Shown piece by piece: positions 28,361 through 36,395 of a stretch of 64,000 bases of DNA (within the stretch, counting starts at the first letter, position 1; each line of letters starts with the position of its first letter). The stretch covers positions 6,349-70,348 of the forward strand of contig CAZTKE010000001.1 of the NCBI GenBank assembly GCA_964614055.1, in the 5' to 3' direction. The translations under genes and the position numbers were made by a program. The stretch is from an uncultured Desulfovibrionales bacterium (lineage in GTDB: Bacteria > Desulfobacterota > Desulfovibrionia > Desulfovibrionales > Desulfonatronovibrionaceae). The notes under the pieces are model-generated. The model did no database searches. It was not told the DNA's origin and saw nothing but the letters and a program-made list of their open reading frames with translations.

Positions 28361-28999
28361 CTAAAAATAAAAAATACAAAGAGAGACCAAATCCAGTAAT
28401 ATAAAAAGAATGGTTGCTATAAAAACGGCTTTTTTCATCCCCGCCCGGTTAAAACGGCGGATGAATCCCCATTTGACACCGATGCGGTATATTCCCGCCC
28501 CCAGATGGGCAAAGACCAGAAAGACAAAAAGGAGATAAAACCAGACCCAGAGCCCCTGATGCATGAGGTGCACCGATTTTTCCGCGGTTATGGGCAGATC
28601 GTTTAAAAGCACCCACATGTGCACCGAGCCCATTAAAAGGACAAGCATTCCGCTTACCGCCTGCACTACCCACATCCAGGTATCGGCATGCATGATCAAA
28701 AGGGCGTGTCTGGAAACTACCGCCTGCTCCCGGCTGGTAAAGGGTATCTTGCGCGCGGCTAGAACAAAATGGAAAAGAAAGACAAGACCGATAAACACTC
28801 CTCCGATTTGGGCCAGATAAGTGGACTCAAAGAATCCGGCCAGGGAGTCAAACGCTTTCGCCCCGAAAATAACACTGGCGATAAAAAAGGTATGCAAAAG
28901 CATGAACAAAGCCAAAAACAGACCGGAGAGCATCTGCATCCAGTCCAGCCCGGCGGCCCGGCCGGACGCCCCCGGATTCAAGCCGGTTAGGTGCGCCAC
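28361..28999 (-). CDS. frdC: Fumarate reductase membrane cytochrome b subunit (type B, five-TM style)
   Basis: Hydrophobic 212-aa protein with conserved-looking His in TM helices. It sits first in the frd operon. Confidence 0.7.
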   Translation of the reverse strand: MAHLTGLNPGASGRAAGLDWMQMLSGLFLALFMLLHTFFIASVIFGAKAFDSLAGFFESTYLAQIGGVFIGLVFLFHFVLAARKIPFTSREQAVVSRHALLIMHADTWMWVVQAVSGMLVLLMGSVHMWVLLNDLPITAEKSVHLMHQGLWVWFYLLFVFLVFAHLGAGIYRIGVKWGFIRRFNRAGMKKAVFIATILFILLDLVSLCIFYF

Positions 29000-29139
29000 T
29001 TCTTATCCTCCCGGATTATATTTAAAATCAAAAACATGCGTTCAAATGAGCAGCCTATAATCCTGTTTGCCGCAAAAGACAACAGCCGGGACAGCCCCGA
29101 TTTTTCCGGACCGAACAGCAATCAAGTCCGCAGCCGGGT

Positions 29140-29904
29140 CTAGAAGTCCAGCTCCAGGCCGATCGGGCAATGATCCGAGCCCATCACCTGCTGCTCTATC
29201 CAGGCGTTTTTCACCCTGGGGACGAGCTCCTCGGAGACAAAGAAATAGTCAATGCGCCACCCGGCGTTCCGGGCCCGGGCCCCGAATCTGTATGTCCACC
29301 AGGTGTATTCCCCCGGCTGGGAGTTGAACATGCGAAAGGTGTCCCTGTATCCGGCGGCAATAAATTTATCCAGCCATTCCCTTTCCTGGGGCAGAAAACC
29401 GGAGCGGTCGGAATTGGCCTTGGGATTTTTCAGATCGATTTCAGTATGCGCGGTATTGAAATCCCCGCAGACCACGATGGGTTTTTCCTTGCGCAGTTTC
29501 TGGACGTAATCCAGAAAGACGTCGTAATATCCCATCTTGAAATCCAGTCTTTCCTGGCTCATCTGTCCGTTGGGGAAATAAATGTTGAAAAAATAAAAAT
29601 TCTCGAATTCCATGCGGATGAGACGGCCTTCGCCGTTGTATTTCTCATCCGGAAGCCCCCGGTCCACCTTGAGCGGCTCTGTATTGTAAAAACAGGTCAC
29701 ACCGGAATATCCCTTTTTCTTGCGCGAAGGGTTCCAAAAGGAATGATAACCGTCCGGCTCCCTTTCTTCGGGGTTTAGCTGATCCGGTTCCATCTTTATC
29801 TCCTGCAGGCCGACTACATCCGCTGCAGCCGAAGAGAGCCAGTCCCAGAACCCTTTCTTGACCACTGCCCGAAAGCCGTTCACGTTCCATGAATAAAGAC
29901 GCAT
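29140..29904 (-). CDS. xthA: Exodeoxyribonuclease III
   Basis: MRLYSWNVNG, LQEIK, GDFNTAH and SDHCP motifs of the EEP/ExoIII family. Confidence 0.92.
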   Translation of the reverse strand: MRLYSWNVNGFRAVVKKGFWDWLSSAAADVVGLQEIKMEPDQLNPEEREPDGYHSFWNPSRKKKGYSGVTCFYNTEPLKVDRGLPDEKYNGEGRLIRMEFENFYFFNIYFPNGQMSQERLDFKMGYYDVFLDYVQKLRKEKPIVVCGDFNTAHTEIDLKNPKANSDRSGFLPQEREWLDKFIAAGYRDTFRMFNSQPGEYTWWTYRFGARARNAGWRIDYFFVSEELVPRVKNAWIEQQVMGSDHCPIGLELDF

Positions 29905-29907
29905 GGT

Positions 29908-30579
29908 TCAGGACACTCCCTTTAATGCCGCCTTCAGGCCGCCATCAATCAAATCTATGCGCACATAACCGCCATTTCCGGCCATTCCCGGATTTATAAC
30001 CGGACAATTACCGATCCAGTCCTCGGCAACAGCCTCGTGGATATGACCGGTCACGCACACATCCGGCTGAACCACCTCGATAAATTCCCGCACGGAGGGA
30101 CTGCCCACATGCGTTCCCGAACCCAGGGCGTCGGTAAGCGTATCCAGGGGCGGAGTATGAGTAACAAAGATCAATTTTCCCGCCAGCTCCCGGCATTTAT
30201 CCTGAGCAGCCTTGAGCCAGGAGGAAAGCTCTTTTTCCTCCACTTCCAGGGGAGTGCCAAAGGGAGTGGGCGTGGAATACCCGACCGCGAACAGATAAAC
30301 ATCCCTGTCCAGGGAAACAAGCCTGTTGTGTATGTCCAGGCCTTCTTCCTCCAGCCACTTCCCGGCAGCCGGGGTATCCATGTTCCCCACCTGGGCCAGG
30401 ACGCGGGAATTTTTTCCCCGGATGCGGTCGACTATGCGTTCTGCATCTTCCCGGCCGCCGTGGTTGGTCAAATCCCCGGAGACAATTATTCCCTCAGCAC
30501 CGGGCAATTCCTTATTGCTTTCCACAAAGGACAAATCCGTATGAATATCGCCAAGAGCGATCCAGTATTTATCAGCCAT
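29908..30579 (-). CDS. Calcineurin-like metallophosphoesterase
   Basis: ALGDIH, SGDLTNHG, THTPP and GHIHE metal-ligand blocks. Confidence 0.8.
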   Translation of the reverse strand: MADKYWIALGDIHTDLSFVESNKELPGAEGIIVSGDLTNHGGREDAERIVDRIRGKNSRVLAQVGNMDTPAAGKWLEEEGLDIHNRLVSLDRDVYLFAVGYSTPTPFGTPLEVEEKELSSWLKAAQDKCRELAGKLIFVTHTPPLDTLTDALGSGTHVGSPSVREFIEVVQPDVCVTGHIHEAVAEDWIGNCPVINPGMAGNGGYVRIDLIDGGLKAALKGVS

Positions 30580-30667
30580 GCAAAGCCTCCTTGATTTGCG
30601 GATTCAACATATCAAAAACACCCTGTTTAAAGGAAAAAAATCGTCTTTTTTGATCCCTCTATGTTGG

Positions 30668-32986
30668 TCACGATTTTTCCGCTTTATCCGCCTTGAATAC
30701 CTGCACTCCCTGCGGGGAATCAACAAGCCTGAAGCCGCGCTCAAGCAGCTTATCCCTTATATCGTCCGCCCGGGAGAAATCCTTTTTTTGCCTGGCCTCT
30801 TCCCTCCGGGCGATCATTTCCCGGATCTCGCTGCTCAGACGGGAGAAAACAAAGGGCACATTCCCCCAATCCAGAATGCACAGGACCTTATCCATTTCCT
30901 TCAGGGCATTTATGAGCACCTTTTGTTCTTCGGCGCTCATCCCGCTTTGATCCACCAGCTTGTGTACGGTCCGGGTCAACCGGAAAAGGACCGGCCAAAA
31001 GCCCTGCAGGCTCAAGTCCTCTTCCATGCTTTTTTTTAACTCTGATTTGAGATCAAAAACCGCCTGATCCACCTCCGATCTGAGCCCGCCTTCTTTTTCC
31101 GGGCGCAAGGCGTTTAATTTGACCAGCATGTCCTGGACCCGCTTCCAGTTGCGATGCCACATATGCAGGTTCTTTTCCCCGGAAACCAGTGGCTTGTGAT
31201 AGGAAGTGGACAAAAACCACATGCGCAGGGGCGGAAAGCCGCCGCAGTCAACGGCCAGATCGCGCAGATCCCGTTTTTCCTCGGTTCCGGATTCGTCCAC
31301 CACCGGATAGGAAACCGCCCAGGCCTGGGCCTGGATGCGCAAAGCGGAACTCCAGATGCTGCGCAGGTTGTCCAGATGAGGGAATATATGCGGCTGCCCG
31401 CCCAGGACCAAAAGTATCTGCCCCAAATGATCAGCCGCGGCAGCAGCCTGCTGCAAATACCAGGTGGGACGGACGTTGCCCCATTTGGTCTTGACCACGC
31501 TGCCTTCCTTTAAATCCTGGAGAGTGGCCCGCTTGAGCAGGGTGAAATCCCGGGGATTACCCTTGTCATAGCTTTCCAGATCCACTGTCTTACCGGAAAG
31601 CAACTTTTCCGGATCCATCCGGGCCAGGCCGCCATATTCATTATCCCGGCGCACATCGTAATAAACCGAGCGCAAACGCTCATAAGCAAGCCCCTTGGAA
31701 AGGAGACGGTCGCACAGGTCAACGGCCGTATCCATGCACCCGGCATCAGAGACGAAGCGGACCTGTTCATGCACCCCGAGATCCGCGGCCAGGGCATAGA
31801 CTTCCTCAAGTTTTTGGCGACTGAACGCATCCCTGGAGAGCCCCATGCCGCGTCCGGCCTGAAGAGTGCGGTCGTCAAAATCAGCCATGCCCAAAACAGC
31901 GGCCGGCCGCAAACCCTTTTGGTCCAGATACCTCTTCAGCACATCCAGAAAAATTATCCTGCGCCATGCTTCCGGGCAGCCGATATTGTCCAGACTGGGG
32001 CCGAAGCTGAAAAGACCGGCTTCCCGGGACTCGGATTCCAGATAAACCTTCTTGCGGGAGGCGATGTCCCACAGGGCCACGCCCTGCCGACTGGGTTCGA
32101 CAAAAAGTGAAGTACTCAGATAGCGATCTCCCCCGTCCGGAAAGATGGTCACGATTTTTCCGTTTTCAATCTCCCCGGCCAGTTTCAGGGCCCCGGCCAG
32201 AGCGGCGCCGGAACTCATACCCACAAAAATGCCTTCCTCCCGGGCCAATCTGCGGCATGTCTCAAATGCATCTTCATCCTGGACATGGATGATCCCGTCC
32301 AGAAGCTTTTTGTCATATATGCCCGGAGGATAGGATTCGTGCATATTTTTAAGCCCCTGGATCTTGTGTCCGGCATAAGGCTCGATCCCGATTACCTTGA
32401 TCCGGGGATTGTATTCCTTGAGCCGCTTGTTCAGGCCCATCACGGTTCCGGTAGTCCCCATGCATGCCAGGACGTGGGTAACCTCTCCTGCGGTATCCTC
32501 CCATACCTCCGGAGCTGTTCCTTGATAATGGGCATCAATGCTGGCCGGGTTGTTGTATTGATCCATAAGCACATATTTTTCCGCCTCCTCCCGCCCCAGC
32601 CGGTAGGCCTCCTCTATGGCCCCGTCCGTACCCAGATGACCGGGTGTAAGCTCTATTTCCGCGCCGTAAGCCCGCATTATCCGCTTTCTTTCCTCGGAGG
32701 CGGAAGAAGGCATAATCAGCTTTAGTTTGTATCCCTTAATCGCACAAACCATGGCCAGCCCGATACCGGTATTGCCGGAAGTGGCCTCCACCACGGTCTT
32801 GTCCGGGGTAAGCTCCCCGGACCTCTCCGCGGCCTCGATCATGCTCAGGGCCACCCGATCCTTGATGGAACCACCGGGGTTATTCATCTCCAGCTTGGCC
32901 TGTATGGATACGTCCACGTACGGATTAAGCCGGGAAATATGTACCAAGGGGGTTTTACCTATAAGTTCGATTACGCTGTCTTTCAA
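30668..32986 (-). CDS. Fusion protein: cysteine synthase (CysK/CysM-type PLP enzyme) plus CysRS-like domain with degenerate catalytic motifs
   Basis: aa 1-295 have GGSIKDR (PLP Lys), TSGNTG and GMSSGA. aa ~303-772 are collinear with class I cysteinyl-tRNA synthetase (ADFDDRTL, LLSKGLAYE, NPRDFTLLKR, GGQPHIFPHLDN, LRMWFLSTSYHKPL, C-terminal ADDIRDKLLERGFRLVDSPQG). HIGH, KMSKS and most Zn ligands are replaced. Confidence 0.8.
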   Translation of the reverse strand: MKDSVIELIGKTPLVHISRLNPYVDVSIQAKLEMNNPGGSIKDRVALSMIEAAERSGELTPDKTVVEATSGNTGIGLAMVCAIKGYKLKLIMPSSASEERKRIMRAYGAEIELTPGHLGTDGAIEEAYRLGREEAEKYVLMDQYNNPASIDAHYQGTAPEVWEDTAGEVTHVLACMGTTGTVMGLNKRLKEYNPRIKVIGIEPYAGHKIQGLKNMHESYPPGIYDKKLLDGIIHVQDEDAFETCRRLAREEGIFVGMSSGAALAGALKLAGEIENGKIVTIFPDGGDRYLSTSLFVEPSRQGVALWDIASRKKVYLESESREAGLFSFGPSLDNIGCPEAWRRIIFLDVLKRYLDQKGLRPAAVLGMADFDDRTLQAGRGMGLSRDAFSRQKLEEVYALAADLGVHEQVRFVSDAGCMDTAVDLCDRLLSKGLAYERLRSVYYDVRRDNEYGGLARMDPEKLLSGKTVDLESYDKGNPRDFTLLKRATLQDLKEGSVVKTKWGNVRPTWYLQQAAAAADHLGQILLVLGGQPHIFPHLDNLRSIWSSALRIQAQAWAVSYPVVDESGTEEKRDLRDLAVDCGGFPPLRMWFLSTSYHKPLVSGEKNLHMWHRNWKRVQDMLVKLNALRPEKEGGLRSEVDQAVFDLKSELKKSMEEDLSLQGFWPVLFRLTRTVHKLVDQSGMSAEEQKVLINALKEMDKVLCILDWGNVPFVFSRLSSEIREMIARREEARQKKDFSRADDIRDKLLERGFRLVDSPQGVQVFKADKAEKS

Positions 32987-33251
32987 AATGCTGTCCTTTT
33001 AGGTCCAAAAATCAATTGAAAACAAGCCAATATAAAAGTACAAAAACAGAATATAAGTTAACCCATTTTTTGAGCACAGGCAATTAAGGACAAGCCGGGT
33101 CCTATAAATGAGGTTAACACGACAGGTATAAAAACAAGGTCGGGAGATAAGGCTGCAGTATCCAATCGAAATGCGCGGATAATACACCGGCACGAGCCAA
33201 TCCGCTTTTTGGATTAATCCCCAAAACACGACTGCACACAGAGATAAAGAC

Positions 33252-34394
33252 ATGACCCAGCAGGCACACCAACCGTTCCCGGAAAAGATCCCGGGGGAAG
33301 TAAGCGAAAAAGATGAAAAATTCTTTCTTTTTGCCACCTCGGAAGATCTGACCCCGGAACAGATCAAAAGGATCAAGGCCCCGACCAGGATAGTCCCGGA
33401 GCAAAGAGCGGCCCTGGCCACTCACTGGCATCCGGAATTCGTGCCTGTTGACCTTGCAGTAGAACGGATGCAGGCCATGTTCCCCAATCTTGAAGAGGCA
33501 CTGATCATTCCCACTCAGCACAATGAACTTCTGAGTTACAGGGGATACAGCGGTGTGGAGGTGGATTGCTACTCCAAGGGATTCAACCAGAAAGTGCAGC
33601 TTCTGCTGCATTTTGAAAAAGACCGGGTGGAGAATGCTTCCCGGCTCAGGTCCATTCTGGAGCATACCCGGAAATACAGGGCCACCCAGCTATTTGAATT
33701 CATCCGGGCCGTAAACGATGAAAACGGAAACAAAGTAGAAAAGGCGGTGCGGGAAACCGGGGCCGGAAAAGAAATAGTGAATTTTACCCGAATTTATGTG
33801 CGAAAAATTGAAAGACTAATCCAAAAACACCACTCTTCCCTGCCTGCAAACAGCCTGAAGAACAAATTGCTGCGCAATTTCTTCCATCATCTGCGTCAGG
33901 ATTATCCGGATCCGTTCATAGACAGGGTGCAGATATTTCTGAAAACAATCAAAAACATGGTCAAGGCGGATTTCAATCTGGACTATTTTTATCGCACCTC
34001 GGAGATAATAGAAGAGGCCCGCCTGCACGGAGGAGGAATCGTGATCCCCCATCCGGAACAATTCTGGCCCATCCTGCTTGCAGAATACGACGTGGACGGC
34101 TACGAGGTATGGAACCCCCAATCACAGAGATATACAGAATTCCTCATATCCGTGGTCAATCGCAAAAATAAAGAAAAAAAACACCTGCAAAAGGAAATCC
34201 TCATCTTTATGGGAGACGACACGCACATGGGGGAAAAGGCAATGCATGCCGCCTATCAGGACAAGAAAAAAGCGGAACGGGAAATCGGCTGCCAACCGGC
34301 CTGGGAGGATCCGAATATCAAAAGGAAACTTGACTCCGCCGGGATAACCCGGACAAGTGTAATTGAGAGGTACAAACAGCGTTTAGCCGGCTGA
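33252..34394 (+). CDS. Divergent PHP-like metal-dependent phosphoesterase (first gene of the GAK-type cassette)
   Basis: ATHWHPEF (HxH), GGIVIPHPEQ and IFMGDDTHMGE follow the order of PHP-domain ligand motifs, with a long helical insert between them. Confidence 0.45.
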   Translation: MTQQAHQPFPEKIPGEVSEKDEKFFLFATSEDLTPEQIKRIKAPTRIVPEQRAALATHWHPEFVPVDLAVERMQAMFPNLEEALIIPTQHNELLSYRGYSGVEVDCYSKGFNQKVQLLLHFEKDRVENASRLRSILEHTRKYRATQLFEFIRAVNDENGNKVEKAVRETGAGKEIVNFTRIYVRKIERLIQKHHSSLPANSLKNKLLRNFFHHLRQDYPDPFIDRVQIFLKTIKNMVKADFNLDYFYRTSEIIEEARLHGGGIVIPHPEQFWPILLAEYDVDGYEVWNPQSQRYTEFLISVVNRKNKEKKHLQKEILIFMGDDTHMGEKAMHAAYQDKKKAEREIGCQPAWEDPNIKRKLDSAGITRTSVIERYKQRLAG

Positions 34395-34441
34395 GCAGAC
34401 GGCTAGAACTGTCCAAAAAAATTTACAAGGCTGGAGAATGC

Positions 34442-34720
34442 ATGTCCAAGAAACAAAATTTCTTTCACGAATCCATTCAGGACACACAGTCAATAAAAAA
34501 ATTCCTGGAGGCCCTGCAAGAAGGACTGGAAAAAGGCAGCCTGCATCTCTCCGGGCCATCGGAAAACATTGACCTTTCCCCGCAAGGTCTTTTGAATTTT
34601 ACTGTAACCGCCCGGAAAAAGGAGGATTCCAACAAAATATCCCTTGAAATCGAATGGAAAGACTCCAAGGACAGCGAACTCACATCCACCGCTCCAGTAC
34701 AGATAACCTCATCCGGATAA
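34442..34720 (+). CDS. Amphi-Trp domain mini-protein (92 aa)
   Basis: GGAG RBS 6 nt upstream. Alternating polar/non-polar strand KISLEIEWKDSKD around the single Trp. No enzymatic motif. The family name is from memory. Confidence 0.6.
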   Translation: MSKKQNFFHESIQDTQSIKKFLEALQEGLEKGSLHLSGPSENIDLSPQGLLNFTVTARKKEDSNKISLEIEWKDSKDSELTSTAPVQITSSG

Positions 34721-34729
34721 AAACAATTC

Positions 34730-36376
34730 ATGATCTCTTTTGAAACAATACAGGAAAACTTTTATTTCATGGTCCTGGAAGTAAAAAATCAGGTATACAA
34801 CACCTTTGATTTCCTGAACTCCCCGGAACCGGAGCTGTACGAGAAAATAATCTCCAAGGACGACTACATAGACAACCTCAAAAATGTAATTGAAAGCAAA
34901 TGCTTTTCCAGGATTCTGCCCTCTTCCGGACTAATAAAAAAAGAAATCAATAAAATCCGGGCAATTCATACCATAACCGTGAATCTGGAAAGGATCGGGG
35001 ACTTTTGCGTGAATGTAGCCGAGCAGATGAAATACCTGAGCGACTACAAGGTCCTGTACGGATTTGATTATGATGAAATGCTCACGGAAATAGTTCGGGG
35101 GCTTTCCAATATAAATGCGGCCATGCGCAAAAACGACCTGTCCCTTACCCTGGATATCTGTCGCACGGAAAACAACCTGGACAAGCTATACAAAATCCAC
35201 CTCGACCGCATCCTGGAAGAACTTTCCGAAAACCGGACCCATCCCGGGGATTATGTCACCATACTTTTCATGATCCGGTACCTGGAACGCATAGGCGACT
35301 CCCTCTTGAACATTGGGGAAGCCATCCTATTCAATATCATTGGAGAAAAGATCAAAATCAACCAGTTCCAGGCCCTGCAGCAGAATCTGGATCAGAGCGG
35401 ATTTGACGCTCCCATATCCGAGGTGGACTTCCAGGGGATATGGGGAACAAGGTCCGGATGCCGGATAGGAAGAATTGAGGACAAGCAGCATCCGGACAGC
35501 GCCCTGGGAAGCATTTTCAAGGAGGGGTCCAGGGAAAAAATATCCAGGGAAAGGGAAAACCTTAATCTCTGGCAGGAAAAATTCCCCGGGCTAGTGCCCA
35601 GGGTATTCAGTTATCAGCAAAGTAAATCCGAAGACAAGGCCTCCATGCTGATTGAATTCCTCCCCGGGTGCACTCTGGACGAGGAAATACTCACCTCTGA
35701 GCTGGACACGCTAAAAATAGCCTATGCCGGTCTTGAAAAAAAACTGACCCGGATATGGGAGGGCACGCTCAGAAAGGAAAAAGCTCCCACAAACTACGTG
35801 GAACAATTTCGAGCCAGGATGGATTCGGTCCTCCAGGTCCATCCGGGATTCAGCCGCAGGGAGCAAACCATACAAAGCGTCCGGATAAGATCACTGGAAA
35901 ACCTTCTAAAAAAAGCGGCCCACCTGGAGACAAGGCACCCCTCCCCTGTAAGTGTTTTCATTCACGGGGATTTCAATATAAACAATATTGTCTATGAACA
36001 CCGGGAGAATACCGTGCATTTCATAGACCTGCACCGTTCCCGGCAATATGATTACATCCAGGATGTATCCGTGTTTCTGATCTCCAATTTCCGGATGCCA
36101 ATATTTGATTCCAGTCTGCGGCGGCGCCTTAACTGGGTGACTAGAAAATTTTATTCCTTTGCCCGGGCATTCGCGGAAAAACACGGGGATACCACGTTTG
36201 ATGCCAGATTGTCCCTGGCCCTGGCCAGATCGTTTTATACCTCCACCCGTTTTGAACTCAACCATTTATTCGCAAAAGAGATGTTCCTTCGGGCTCAATA
36301 TCTTCTGGATCAACTATTGGCTCCGGAGCGGAAATGGTCCGAATTCAGGATGCCGCAAGAAATCCTTTTTTACTGA
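34730..36376 (+). CDS. PhoU-domain / APH-type phosphotransferase (kinase) fusion protein
   Basis: Two PhoU-like helices are present (ERIGDFCVNVAEQM, ERIGDSLLNIGEAI). The C-terminal half has a kinase core (FIHGDFNINNIV ... VHFIDLHRS) as in aminoglycoside/choline kinases. Confidence 0.7.
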   Translation: MISFETIQENFYFMVLEVKNQVYNTFDFLNSPEPELYEKIISKDDYIDNLKNVIESKCFSRILPSSGLIKKEINKIRAIHTITVNLERIGDFCVNVAEQMKYLSDYKVLYGFDYDEMLTEIVRGLSNINAAMRKNDLSLTLDICRTENNLDKLYKIHLDRILEELSENRTHPGDYVTILFMIRYLERIGDSLLNIGEAILFNIIGEKIKINQFQALQQNLDQSGFDAPISEVDFQGIWGTRSGCRIGRIEDKQHPDSALGSIFKEGSREKISRERENLNLWQEKFPGLVPRVFSYQQSKSEDKASMLIEFLPGCTLDEEILTSELDTLKIAYAGLEKKLTRIWEGTLRKEKAPTNYVEQFRARMDSVLQVHPGFSRREQTIQSVRIRSLENLLKKAAHLETRHPSPVSVFIHGDFNINNIVYEHRENTVHFIDLHRSRQYDYIQDVSVFLISNFRMPIFDSSLRRRLNWVTRKFYSFARAFAEKHGDTTFDARLSLALARSFYTSTRFELNHLFAKEMFLRAQYLLDQLLAPERKWSEFRMPQEILFY

Positions 36377-36395
36377 AAATAAAAAGAGGCAATAA

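Noticed and set aside
32987-33251. Sigma54-type promoter (GGCACG..N..TTGC) ahead of the GAK-type cassette
   Set aside because: A CGGCACGAGCCAATCCGC segment is present. However, the -12 element (TTGC/TGCA) is not at the required spacing from the GG, so it does not fit the TGGCAC-N5-TTGC consensus.
33114-33665. Minus-strand ORFs 32999..33421 and 33114..33665 overlapping the divergent region and the start of the PHP-like gene
   Set aside because: Their composition is implausible (Cys/Phe/Leu-rich, no motifs). They conflict with a plus-strand ORF that continues into a tightly packed operon.
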